Assembly (NCBI RefSeq): GCF_000025925.1
Contig: NC_014033.1
Span: forward strand, 1,890,001 to 1,922,000
Direction: 5' to 3'
From: Xylanibacter ruminicola 23
GTDB lineage: Bacteria > Bacteroidota > Bacteroidia > Bacteroidales > Bacteroidaceae
Length of the DNA: 32,000 nt
A program made the position numbers and the translations under genes. Positions 1 through 7,619 of this stretch are shown in pieces. Position 1 is the stretch's first letter; every line of letters begins with the position of its first letter. The notes under the pieces were generated by a model. The model worked only from the letters and a program-made list of their open reading frames with translations. It searched no databases and was not told the origin of the DNA.

Positions 1-420
1 GTTCAACTGGCGGATACGCTCGGCCACATCGTGCTCAACAGGACCTTTGGCTACTGGTGGCTGCAACTCAGGATACACTGGCACCGTCGGCTGCCGCACG
101 ACACCCTGAGGCACACTGCTACGCCAGATCTGAAACGACTGCTCGTCGATTGAGCTGTCTATTTTTATCGTTTTACAACCATCCCTGCAGTCCTCTATCT
201 CGTGCCCCAAGCGGTGTAGCACCAACTTCGGGAAGCCTATATCCACTACATCCGAACCTACCACTTTTACAAATTTCCGTCTGACCTCATACTGTCGCAC
301 ATGGTTCACAAACAGGTAGGCACTACGTTCGAAAGCGCGGTAGAATCCGCCCTCAGGCCATAGCCGGATTGTATTCTCGTTTTGCTGCTCGAAGGCAAGC
401 TTTTCTTTCATTGTCGGCAT
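1..420 (-). CDS. Hypothetical protein whose C-terminus runs off the left window edge. Co-oriented ORF immediately downstream of the DGR RT, with a possible MutS-domain-I-like N-terminus.
   Basis: Absent from the supplied ORF track because it has no stop in the window. The reverse complement of 1..420 starts at ATG (418-420) and stays open for all 140 codons: MPTMKEKLAFEQQNENTIRLWPEGGFYRAFERSAYLFVNHVRQYEVRRKFVKVVGSDVVDIGFPKLVLHRLGHEIEDCRDG... It begins 25 nt after the RT stop on the same strand. An alternative start is MKEKL at 411. The GGFYRAFERSA(x25)IGFP spacing resembles the MutS mismatch-binding domain pattern GDFYELFxxDA...AG(I/V)P; this is from memory and weak. Confidence 0.6.
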   Translation of the reverse strand, partial: MPTMKEKLAFEQQNENTIRLWPEGGFYRAFERSAYLFVNHVRQYEVRRKFVKVVGSDVVDIGFPKLVLHRLGHEIEDCRDGCKTIKIDSSIDEQSFQIWRSSVPQGVVRQPTVPVYPELQPPVAKGPVEHDVAERIRQLN

Positions 421-445
421 ATCTTCAACTTTCTTTTTTAATACA

Positions 446-1687
446 CTACTTCTCGAATAATATCTCCAATTCCACTTCCAGGCGCGCCAGCTGTCGCATC
501 TTCTCACGATACACTCGGCGCACACACACCTTGTATCTCTTACGGTTCATGCTCACATACATCACCTGATACCACTCAGGACTGATCCTGTCGAGCAGTT
601 TCCTAACCTGGTTGTAAGCAGCAAAGTGGCGCATCATGCCAAGATAGGAGTTCATCGTAGAAGCAAACTCGTTCACATGCTCGCGTGCATAGTGCTCATC
701 CGACTGAGCCAGACGATTGTAGCGCTCAATCTTGTCGATACAGGTGGCTATCGTGCGCCGGCTGATATAGGTGCGCCCTGGCATCACCATACCGCCAGTG
801 AACAGTACGCCCTTGGAGTAGTGCTGCAGATACATCTTCTTGGGATGACGCCGCACACCGTTCCGGGCTGCCCATTTGTCGACAATCTCATCACGCATCC
901 ATAGTAGCAGTTCCTTGTCGCGACTCACGAATATCATGTCGTCCATATAGTGGCCATAGCTCACCGACATACTCCAGAGACTGTCGGTTATCTCGTGGTC
1001 GAGATCGTCCATGAATACCAAGGCTGTCATCTGACTGATTACCTTGCCTATCGGCATACCATGCAGGCCGTCGCTGTGAAACAAACTCTTGTTGGGCGGC
1101 AAACCGTTCCAAGCTTTCAGCGGACTGTTACGCACACAATTCAGCTCAGGCCGGTCCATAATCACCACGCGCAGCAGCCATATCATCCACTCCAGGTCGG
1201 GACCACGGTATATCTGCCGTAGCAGACTGGCGAACTTGCGCCATGCAAGCTCCTTGGGCAGCGACATGAAGTACGACTGCATATCGAGCTTCATCACCCA
1301 GCAGTCGACCGTATAATTAGCTGACTGCTCTCTCACCATCTGCTCTACGCGCTGTATGCCATAGAGCGTGCCCTTGCCCACTCGGGTTGAGTAGTTGTCG
1401 TCGATGAACCGCTGCTCAAGAAAGGGCGTTACCCTCTGGGCGAAAACCGTGTCGACCACGCGGTCGCGAAAAGCTGCGCCGAAGATTTCCCGTTTCACGG
1501 GCTTATCGCTGACAAACACGATAGAGCGCGAAGGCTTGTAGGTACAGTTTTGCAACTCTTGCCACAGCTTCAGGCACTCCTCTTCGGCATTAATCTCAAA
1601 ACGAATAGCGTCTATCGTATTACCCTTGTGCCGCAAGCACAGCCAATAGGCTTCGTAGACCTCTTCGTAACTGACACCACATTTCAT
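446..1687 (-). CDS. DGR-type reverse transcriptase
   Basis: 413-aa ORF. The catalytic YxDD box reads SYGHYMDDMIFVS. The DGR-clade signature (I/L)GxxxSQ is present as PIGKVISQ, where retron and group II intron RTs carry QGxxxSP. The start codon lies 23 nt downstream of the TR. Confidence 0.92.
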   Translation of the reverse strand: MKCGVSYEEVYEAYWLCLRHKGNTIDAIRFEINAEEECLKLWQELQNCTYKPSRSIVFVSDKPVKREIFGAAFRDRVVDTVFAQRVTPFLEQRFIDDNYSTRVGKGTLYGIQRVEQMVREQSANYTVDCWVMKLDMQSYFMSLPKELAWRKFASLLRQIYRGPDLEWMIWLLRVVIMDRPELNCVRNSPLKAWNGLPPNKSLFHSDGLHGMPIGKVISQMTALVFMDDLDHEITDSLWSMSVSYGHYMDDMIFVSRDKELLLWMRDEIVDKWAARNGVRRHPKKMYLQHYSKGVLFTGGMVMPGRTYISRRTIATCIDKIERYNRLAQSDEHYAREHVNEFASTMNSYLGMMRHFAAYNQVRKLLDRISPEWYQVMYVSMNRKRYKVCVRRVYREKMRQLARLEVELEILFEK

Positions 1688-1710
1688 TTACAAATAGTCA
1701 ATATTCCATA

Positions 1711-1822
1711 GGCGAGGACGGGGCGAACGCGTCGGTCCGTATTGGACTTAGTGTTGTTGCCGTTCAGATAGAGTTTACCATCGGTGTTGAAGTTCAGATT
1801 GAACGCATAGCCAGCACCCTTT
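1711..1822 (-). repeat. DGR template repeat (TR), non-coding
   Basis: 112 nt, 100/112 identical to 2563-2674. In gene sense it is rich in AAC/AAT/AAA/AAG triplets in the frame of the VR codons. It lies in the avd-RT intergenic region. Confidence 0.9.
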
Positions 1823-1991
1823 CCACTCGAACAAATGTTATCAGTTGTCTTCTGTCTTTACTAACTGCACCGTTTACGCGACGGTCGTGTCAGTCGATAA
1901 CCCCTATAGATAATAGTTGACAGCTCTCTCCGCCAAGCCTTGACCGGGCGGACGCTCGCCATTTGGTGTTTGTTATTACTTTATTTAATGA

Positions 1992-2444
1992 TCACTTATC
2001 TTTCTGCTCTTTTTCTGTGACACGTATCCACCCCGACAGCATACGCCCGATGGTGTCGTAACGTGGCGCTATCTGCGCATAATGCTTCTTGCTCATCACG
2101 CGCTGATGCACACAGATGCGGCACAGCATACGCTGGTAGGTTAGCACCTCGAGGGCCTGGCGCATCTGAGCCACACTCTCGCGACGCTGGTGGTTGGCCA
2201 CGTAGATGAGCGACATGAGCTTAAGCCCCAGACTGCGCAACTCTTCAGAGAACAGGCGGTCGGTCTTGTTAAACTGGCTCGTCAGCGTGCATATATCGCT
2301 GAGCAGCATGGCCGACTCCTTATACACCTTGAGCTTCTCGGCTGGATCGAGCCATTCGCCCTCAACCACCGCAAGGGTCAGCAGTTCGGCACTCAGGCCG
2401 AGCTCAAAGCCCCTTCTGGCATCGGTATCAACAGGATTCTCCAT
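1992..2444 (-). CDS. avd: Accessory variability determinant (Avd)-like four-helix-bundle protein
   Basis: 150-aa ORF that looks predominantly helical, with a basic C-terminus (KKHYAQIAPRYDTIGRMLSGWIRVTEKEQKDK). It occupies the canonical avd slot between the target gene and TR. The IGRMLxGW-type C-terminal motif recalls the four-helix-bundle / 23S rRNA IVS protein family, from memory. Confidence 0.65.
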   Translation of the reverse strand: MENPVDTDARRGFELGLSAELLTLAVVEGEWLDPAEKLKVYKESAMLLSDICTLTSQFNKTDRLFSEELRSLGLKLMSLIYVANHQRRESVAQMRQALEVLTYQRMLCRICVHQRVMSKKHYAQIAPRYDTIGRMLSGWIRVTEKEQKDK

Positions 2445-2486
2445 TGTTTAATGTTGTTATTTTCTATGTTGCTTCCCCCCTCCCGA

Positions 2487-2510
2487 CCTCCCCCCGCCAG
2501 CGGGGGGAGG
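2487..2510 (-). promoter_or_regulatory. GC-rich hairpin/cruciform downstream of VR; candidate DGR target-recognition element
   Basis: cctccccccgc-ca-gcggggggagg has two perfectly complementary 11-nt arms, or about 9-10 bp of stem with a 4-6 nt loop once the tightest pairs open. It lies 53 nt 3' of the VR end in gene sense. No U-tract follows on the minus strand, so it is a poor terminator for the target gene. Confidence 0.6.
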
Positions 2511-2556
2511 AGGATTTTGGGAATTTTAAATTTTTAAATTTTTGAATATTTAAATT

Positions 2557-4632
2557 TTAAAAGGCGAGGACGGGGCGAACGCGTAGGTCCGTACCGGACC
2601 TAGTGCCGTTGCCGGCCAGATAGAGGCTACCATCGGTGTCGAAGTTCAGACTGAACGCATAGCCAGCACCCTTTGCGGATTCTGTACTTGCCCAATAGTA
2701 TCCACCCGATCCTGCAATATCCGTCCACATATTCGACTTATCCACTGTTGCGCCTGTATTCTTCAGGCAGTTCTTTGCAGCAGTATTGAAAGCAGAGGCA
2801 GTTGAAGACGCTGCTCCACTCCAATAGCAATAGTTATCAGCATGGAACGTTCCCGGATTGGTACTAATACCACCAAAGAACTTAATCCACTCGTACTGCT
2901 GACCGATGCTGGGCAGATACCAGCCGCTGGTACCGGCAGGATGAGCCACCTCGCTCTCGTAAGTGGTCACAGCTGCATAGGCTGCAGGATATACCGCCTG
3001 ACTGTAATTAGCCGTGCTTGTAATCAGATTTGTTTCGCTGCGACCGTCCATATAGCCAGCACTGGCCACATAGTCATCCAGCTTGGTCTGATTAGTGATA
3101 TCAACAGGAGTGCCCAGTTGGATGCTCTCGGTTGACCATGCCATGGTGGCACTGCTGCTTACATCCTTCAGAGCGATGGCATAGCCACGCTGGAAGCCTG
3201 CTGCATAGTCGACAGCGCTCACGTTGGTACTGAATACGATAGCCACTGGAGTCTTGTCGGGGAACATATCGAGTGTACCCCAGGTACCATCGGCAAACAA
3301 CAGATCACCAGGAACAGGATCGGGCAATCCCTGATAAGAGATGATACCACTATTGGTAAAGGTAGCGGTAACGCTCTCATCGTCGAAATCGGTCACTGTC
3401 ACCTGCACATCCAGGTCCTGAATGGTAGATGGCACAGCATTCGACAGGGTGGCTGTGGTAACACTTGCCAGATCGGCAATACTGCTGGCACCATCGCCCT
3501 TGATAGTAGCATTTACGACATAGTGCGCATTAGGCTGAACCACATTAGTGGTTTTAGCACCGATAAACACGGGGTAGTAAACCGTCTTGCTATTCCATGC
3601 CTGACCATCGCTACTGTAGGTACCCTTGATAACCAGGAAGGTAAGATTACCCGCGTCGTTATTGTTGGGCAGGGTATAAAGGGTGTAGGCAGTGCCATAG
3701 CTGGTATGACTGGCATTCATGGTGACATCGGCAATACCGGTACCTGTACCAAGATAATCCTTCTGGTTGGTGGCATTGGTACTTTCGCCCTGATAGTAGC
3801 CGGCATAGGCACCCTGACTGAAGGCATAAGTGCCATCATTCATATCCAGATTAATCTTATCGGGCACACCCACGAGGAAGATCTCGGTCGGGGTGAAGCT
3901 GGCAGCGGTATGCTTGGTGGTCGAGAAATCAACCGACAGAGAAGCTAATGTCACCTTCGACACCAGGTGGTGGACCGTGACGGTCGACTCCCATTTATCA
4001 GCTATGCTGTTGAAAGCAATCGTGCTGTTGCCCACCATAGGCAACTCTGCTGGATTCACATCACCATCATTATCCATATCAAGTGCCTGATCGATAGTAA
4101 GTGCTGTAGCCTTGAAGTTGGTAGCGCTAGCCACATTCCACACTTCTTCTGCTTTTCCTTTGATAGTAGCAACCTTCGAGGGTGGCAGATTGATGGCCAC
4201 ACGCACCAGGTCGCCATTGGCGGGCTTCTGAGCATCAGGCAGGCCCGAAGAATAGGTAGAAGAAATCGTCTTCTGCGAGCTGATCTCCTCGCCAGTGCCC
4301 TCTATATCAACCTCCTTGATATCAAGCGTACTTCCTGTAGATTTGAAAAGACCTACAGTCAGATTAGTCATCATCATCTCGGCTGAGGTAACCGAAGTCT
4401 TATTGTTTGAGTCGTAACCGTTGGAAATAACGGTTGCGCTACGTGTCTGATTACTCACACTGGTAGTGCGGATGTTCAACACGATATCACTTCCCTGCTG
4501 CTTACCGGTAACAGCCTCTTCGGTACTGTCGAGCGTACACGAGCTAACACCCACAGCAGCAACGGCCATGAACACCACACTTAGTATTTTTATATATTTT
4601 GTATTCATATCTTCTATTTTTTTATTGTTCAT
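2557..4632 (-). CDS. DGR target: surface lipoprotein with an N-terminal fimbrillin (Mfa/FimA type V pilus)-like region fused to a C-terminal DUF1566 / C-type-lectin-fold variable domain
   Basis: 691-aa ORF. The likely true start is MNTKYIKILSVVFMAVAAVGVSSC at 4608, giving a lipobox Cys. The N-terminal two thirds are paralogous to the upstream fimbrillin (TLTIDQALDMDNDG.. vs PLTISQALDSDGNG..; SKVTLASLSVDF vs TKVTLESLSVND; FTPTEIFLVGVPDK vs FKPTQVFLYKVADK). The C-terminus has DUF1566-like motifs (GWYLPSIGQ, YYWASTE, ...VRPV) and ends in the VR. Confidence 0.88.
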   Translation of the reverse strand: MNNKKIEDMNTKYIKILSVVFMAVAAVGVSSCTLDSTEEAVTGKQQGSDIVLNIRTTSVSNQTRSATVISNGYDSNNKTSVTSAEMMMTNLTVGLFKSTGSTLDIKEVDIEGTGEEISSQKTISSTYSSGLPDAQKPANGDLVRVAINLPPSKVATIKGKAEEVWNVASATNFKATALTIDQALDMDNDGDVNPAELPMVGNSTIAFNSIADKWESTVTVHHLVSKVTLASLSVDFSTTKHTAASFTPTEIFLVGVPDKINLDMNDGTYAFSQGAYAGYYQGESTNATNQKDYLGTGTGIADVTMNASHTSYGTAYTLYTLPNNNDAGNLTFLVIKGTYSSDGQAWNSKTVYYPVFIGAKTTNVVQPNAHYVVNATIKGDGASSIADLASVTTATLSNAVPSTIQDLDVQVTVTDFDDESVTATFTNSGIISYQGLPDPVPGDLLFADGTWGTLDMFPDKTPVAIVFSTNVSAVDYAAGFQRGYAIALKDVSSSATMAWSTESIQLGTPVDITNQTKLDDYVASAGYMDGRSETNLITSTANYSQAVYPAAYAAVTTYESEVAHPAGTSGWYLPSIGQQYEWIKFFGGISTNPGTFHADNYCYWSGAASSTASAFNTAAKNCLKNTGATVDKSNMWTDIAGSGGYYWASTESAKGAGYAFSLNFDTDGSLYLAGNGTRSGTDLRVRPVLAF
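2563..2674 (-). repeat. DGR variable repeat (VR), encoding the last ~37 codons of the target protein
   Basis: Homologous to TR at an offset of 852 nt. It encodes KGAGYAFSLNFDTDGSLYLAGNGTRSGTDLRVRPVLA, and only two codons (F, stop) follow the repeat. Confidence 0.9.
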
Positions 4633-4666
4633 ATTATGATACTCTCACTATAAGCATGCCAACCTA

Positions 4667-5944
4667 TCAGTTAGTCGTAGTCGTCGAGCCACCTTCGCCA
4701 CCAAAGGTTGTGTTCTGTTCACCATCACCCCATTCAGACACCGAATTGAAAGCCACGGCTGTGTTAGCCTGCACATCAACACCGGCATCGATACTGGCAG
4801 CACCCTTACGCTTAAGCACTACCTTGATGCGATAGTTGCGGTTAGGATAGAATTTGCGATACTGCAACTCATCCATGGCCACACCGCTCACCACATTGAG
4901 CAAACGGAAGTTATAATAGCAGGTGCTCTCAGAAGAGCCATCGTTCCAAAGGCCCTTCACAACCAAGCGGGTGTCGTTACCCTCTGTGGGCGAGGCAAAC
5001 ACATTAGGCATGGCATAGAGCACGCACACCTTGTCAACCGAACTACCATCTACCCAGGTGGGATTGGTAGCATTAAGCGTAGCCAGGTCGCCATCACCAT
5101 CCGAGTAAACCTTTGTTCCCAGATACGCAGCAAAGTGAGCTGGAGCGGGATCGGTCACCTCACCGGTATAGTCGCACACGGTACCTGCAGGCGAGAGGTA
5201 ATTAGAGAAGCTATAGGTGCTTGAGAAATCGAAACCGAAATCCATCTTGTCAGCCACCTTGTACAGGAACACCTGTGTGGGCTTGAACGAATTGCCGGCT
5301 GGGATATCGTTAACACTCAGCGACTCGAGCGTCACCTTCGTAATCATGTGACCCATGGTGACATCGGCTACCAGATGACCGCTGGCAGGCTGGGTAATAT
5401 CCACCTCGCCATACATTGGCAGACTGTTGGATTCGGTCGCACCATTGCCGTCGGAATCCAACGCCTGAGAGATAGTGAGAGGAGTAGCCTTGAATGTGGC
5501 GAGCGGTGTACCAAGCGCCTTTACCCCAGTGAATACTTCCTCGGGCACATTGGCAATGATCACTGCACGGTCGCCAGCAGCAAACTGCGTAGCGGGACTC
5601 ACGTTATCAACTGTCGTAGAGAATCCTGATGCTGCCGACTGCCCATTCACGTTGAGATAGTTATAATAAATCAACTTGGGAGTATTATTGTCGCCGGCAT
5701 CTTCCTTGAACACAGCCACCAGCATCGTCTGGATCATCTTCTCAGAAGTCTTGGCTGCCAATGCATCATGGATATTAGTAGCACGGGTAGCACCTACCGA
5801 ACCACTGTTAATCTTAATCGTCAGAGTACTACCTCCGGTAGATGGGCTTACGTCCTCGTCGGTCTCGCTGACGCAGCCTGTCATCACAACTGCCGTGAAC
5901 AGCACTACTGCCCAGGCACTCATTCCTAAAAGTTTCTTTTTCAT
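4667..5944 (-). CDS. Fimbrillin-family (Mfa/FimA-like) pilus lipoprotein
   Basis: The track ORF is 4667..6037. The preferred start is MKKKLLGMSAWAVVLFTAVVMTGC at 5944 (cat at 5942-5944), which gives a lipoprotein signal. It is a paralog of the N-terminal part of the DGR target. Confidence 0.8.
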   Translation of the reverse strand: MKKKLLGMSAWAVVLFTAVVMTGCVSETDEDVSPSTGGSTLTIKINSGSVGATRATNIHDALAAKTSEKMIQTMLVAVFKEDAGDNNTPKLIYYNYLNVNGQSAASGFSTTVDNVSPATQFAAGDRAVIIANVPEEVFTGVKALGTPLATFKATPLTISQALDSDGNGATESNSLPMYGEVDITQPASGHLVADVTMGHMITKVTLESLSVNDIPAGNSFKPTQVFLYKVADKMDFGFDFSSTYSFSNYLSPAGTVCDYTGEVTDPAPAHFAAYLGTKVYSDGDGDLATLNATNPTWVDGSSVDKVCVLYAMPNVFASPTEGNDTRLVVKGLWNDGSSESTCYYNFRLLNVVSGVAMDELQYRKFYPNRNYRIKVVLKRKGAASIDAGVDVQANTAVAFNSVSEWGDGEQNTTFGGEGGSTTTTN

Positions 5945-6089
5945 AAGCTTTTCCTTTCTTTTAAAGGGTGAATAAACTAGATTGTTAATACTTATTTTCG
6001 AGTTATTAATTCGACTCTCCCTAGGAATAAAGCTCATGGAATGACGTTCAGTAATATTAAGTAATCAGTTCCTTATCCCATGCCTGCAG

Positions 6090-7583
6090 CTATTTCCACT
6101 GCAGGCTCTTCAACGCATCACGCGCCGGTATCACCCCATCGGCCTCGGCCATACGCAGATAAACCTCGGCTTTGTCACGGTTGCCCTCGAGCAGATGCAG
6201 CAATCCCAGGTTGCACCAGGCACGCGGGTCGGTCTCCCAGGCCAACAGGTACTTGCGGGCGCGCTGGGCATCGCCACGCAACAGGGCCACACCAGCGGCA
6301 TCGATAGCTGCCTCGGCACAGTTGGGGAACAGGCGCGCAGCCAGGTCGATGATGTCGCAGAACTCCTGTGAGCCTATCTCGAAGGCGGTGGCTGCCTGAT
6401 AGAAATTGTCGGGACTGATCGAGGCAGGAATACTGCCATTGCGATAGCTGGTAAGCTGGATGGGCACAGGGCGCGGACCAAACGTGAGCTGATAGTTCAA
6501 GCGGCACACGCGGGGGAACAGCTCGTGACGCATCACATCGTAGGTGCTACCAGAGCCTAAGGTGCGCAGAGCCTGCTCACGCCCCTGATCCACAGGGATA
6601 TTGGCGATGATATCAGCAGCAGCGGCCTGCAAAGGCAACTTGCTGACCGACACCAGCTGACGGATGCTGTCCCAGTCCTCGGATATCCACTGCACGCGCA
6701 ATTCGTTCTCGCCTGCCACCTGACGCTCCGACAGCATGCGGCGCAATTTCAGCACCTGCTCGGCAGCACGCTCCTCGTTCTTCGGACGGTTGCCTATGGG
6801 CGCACCATAGCCGGTAAGCTCTATACCCAGCAGACGACTGCCATAACTGGTGGTCTCGCGACTGATGGCCTGCTGTAACGAGTCAACCAGTCGGCGGTAG
6901 TCGGTACTGGTAAGACGGCAGTTATAGGGCACACGCAGCGCTCCTCTGACAGTGATGCCACCCGTACTAGCAGGCTCGGGCGAGAGGAACTGCACCCAAT
7001 GCTTGGCAATACGAACACCAGTAACATTACTGGCAACTGGGGCAGCGGCAACAGCCGACTCACCAAACAGCGGCTGGGTATTAACGGGCTGCCCTAACGG
7101 GATACGCTGCAGCAGCAGGTCTTCGTAAGTATGAGGACTACGGCCCTGCCAGGTGCTCTCCTCGCACTCGGCATACATGGCGGCACTGGCCATCCACTGC
7201 TGGTAGGGCACGGTGGTGTCGTAGATAAAGAAACGAGTGCGACGCTGGTTGTCACGGGTAACCAAGGGCACATTGATACGGCGGCGCTTCTTCAGCTTGT
7301 CGACGCGACGCTCGTAGCGGTCGCGAGAATCACCGTTGATAGCCACCGACGACAGACGGACAAACTGATGACCAGTCTTCAGCACGGGCGTGAACGTGAG
7401 CGTCTCGCCGGTGTTGAGAACCTTGTCGTCGTAACTGACCTTCATGTGCACGCGCAACAGATCGCCCTGAAGCGAGAACTGCTCGTCGCTAATGTGTAGC
7501 TGACCTTTATAGGCCCCCTGAGCCGATGCCATCAATGGCAGTGTCAGCAGCAGAAACAGAGTTTTAATTCTGGACATTCTCAT
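6090..7583 (-). CDS. DUF3868-like pilus-operon protein with a TPR-like C-terminus
   Basis: 497 aa with signal peptide MRMSRIKTLFLLLTLPLMASAQG. It follows the DUF3575-type gene, the conserved arrangement of Bacteroidales type V pilus loci (recollection). The C-terminal AEAAIDAAGVALLRGDAQRARKYL...NLGLLHLLEGNRDKAEVYLRMA looks TPR-like. Confidence 0.7.
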   Translation of the reverse strand: MRMSRIKTLFLLLTLPLMASAQGAYKGQLHISDEQFSLQGDLLRVHMKVSYDDKVLNTGETLTFTPVLKTGHQFVRLSSVAINGDSRDRYERRVDKLKKRRRINVPLVTRDNQRRTRFFIYDTTVPYQQWMASAAMYAECEESTWQGRSPHTYEDLLLQRIPLGQPVNTQPLFGESAVAAAPVASNVTGVRIAKHWVQFLSPEPASTGGITVRGALRVPYNCRLTSTDYRRLVDSLQQAISRETTSYGSRLLGIELTGYGAPIGNRPKNEERAAEQVLKLRRMLSERQVAGENELRVQWISEDWDSIRQLVSVSKLPLQAAAADIIANIPVDQGREQALRTLGSGSTYDVMRHELFPRVCRLNYQLTFGPRPVPIQLTSYRNGSIPASISPDNFYQAATAFEIGSQEFCDIIDLAARLFPNCAEAAIDAAGVALLRGDAQRARKYLLAWETDPRAWCNLGLLHLLEGNRDKAEVYLRMAEADGVIPARDALKSLQWK

Positions 7584-7619
7584 TTCTATATATACATTTT
7601 TTTGTGATTCAGCTTGTCA

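Larger units (their letters stand above)
446..4632 (-). mobile_element. Diversity-generating retroelement cassette in the order target gene with VR, hairpin, avd, TR, RT
   Basis: Canonical DGR gene order on one strand. The TR/VR pair shows adenine-specific mismatches, the RT carries IGxxxSQ plus YMDD, and an Avd-sized helical ORF sits between the target gene and TR. Confidence 0.9.

Noticed and set aside
57-284. Plus-strand ORFs at the left edge (57..284, 369..569)
   Set aside because: They lie antisense to a 140-codon uninterrupted minus-strand frame (1..420) that is in operon register with the RT. Their products are Ala/Ser/Pro/Leu-rich and look like shadow ORFs.
446-1687. The RT could be a retron RT or a group II intron maturase-RT
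   Set aside because: It has IGxxxSQ rather than QGxxxSP. I saw no flanking msr/msd-type inverted repeats, no C-terminal maturase/En domain and no intron-like boundaries. The adjacent TR/VR pair with adenine-only changes explains it fully as a DGR RT.
2190-2537. Plus-strand ORFs 2190..2537 and 2206..2451 antisense to avd, including a PPSRPPPASGGRR stretch
   Set aside because: They are shadow frames of avd. The proline/glycine run is simply the translation of the GC hairpin at 2487-2510.
2511-2562. AT-rich run with repeated TTTTTAAA-like units right after the target stop codon, a possible bent DNA or repeat element
   Set aside because: Spacing of the T-tracts is irregular (about 6-10 nt) and not in helical phase. 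It has no second copy and is most simply an AT-rich intergenic spacer.
6080-7499. Numerous 60-120-aa ORFs on both strands inside the DUF3868-like gene (for example 6080..6307, 6175..6507, 7131..7499)
   Set aside because: They are Arg/Pro/Ala-rich products in alternative frames of a GC-rich 497-aa gene that has a clear signal peptide. These are classic overprinted noise. The same reasoning applies to the antisense ORFs inside the SusC/SusD, GH and fimbrillin genes.
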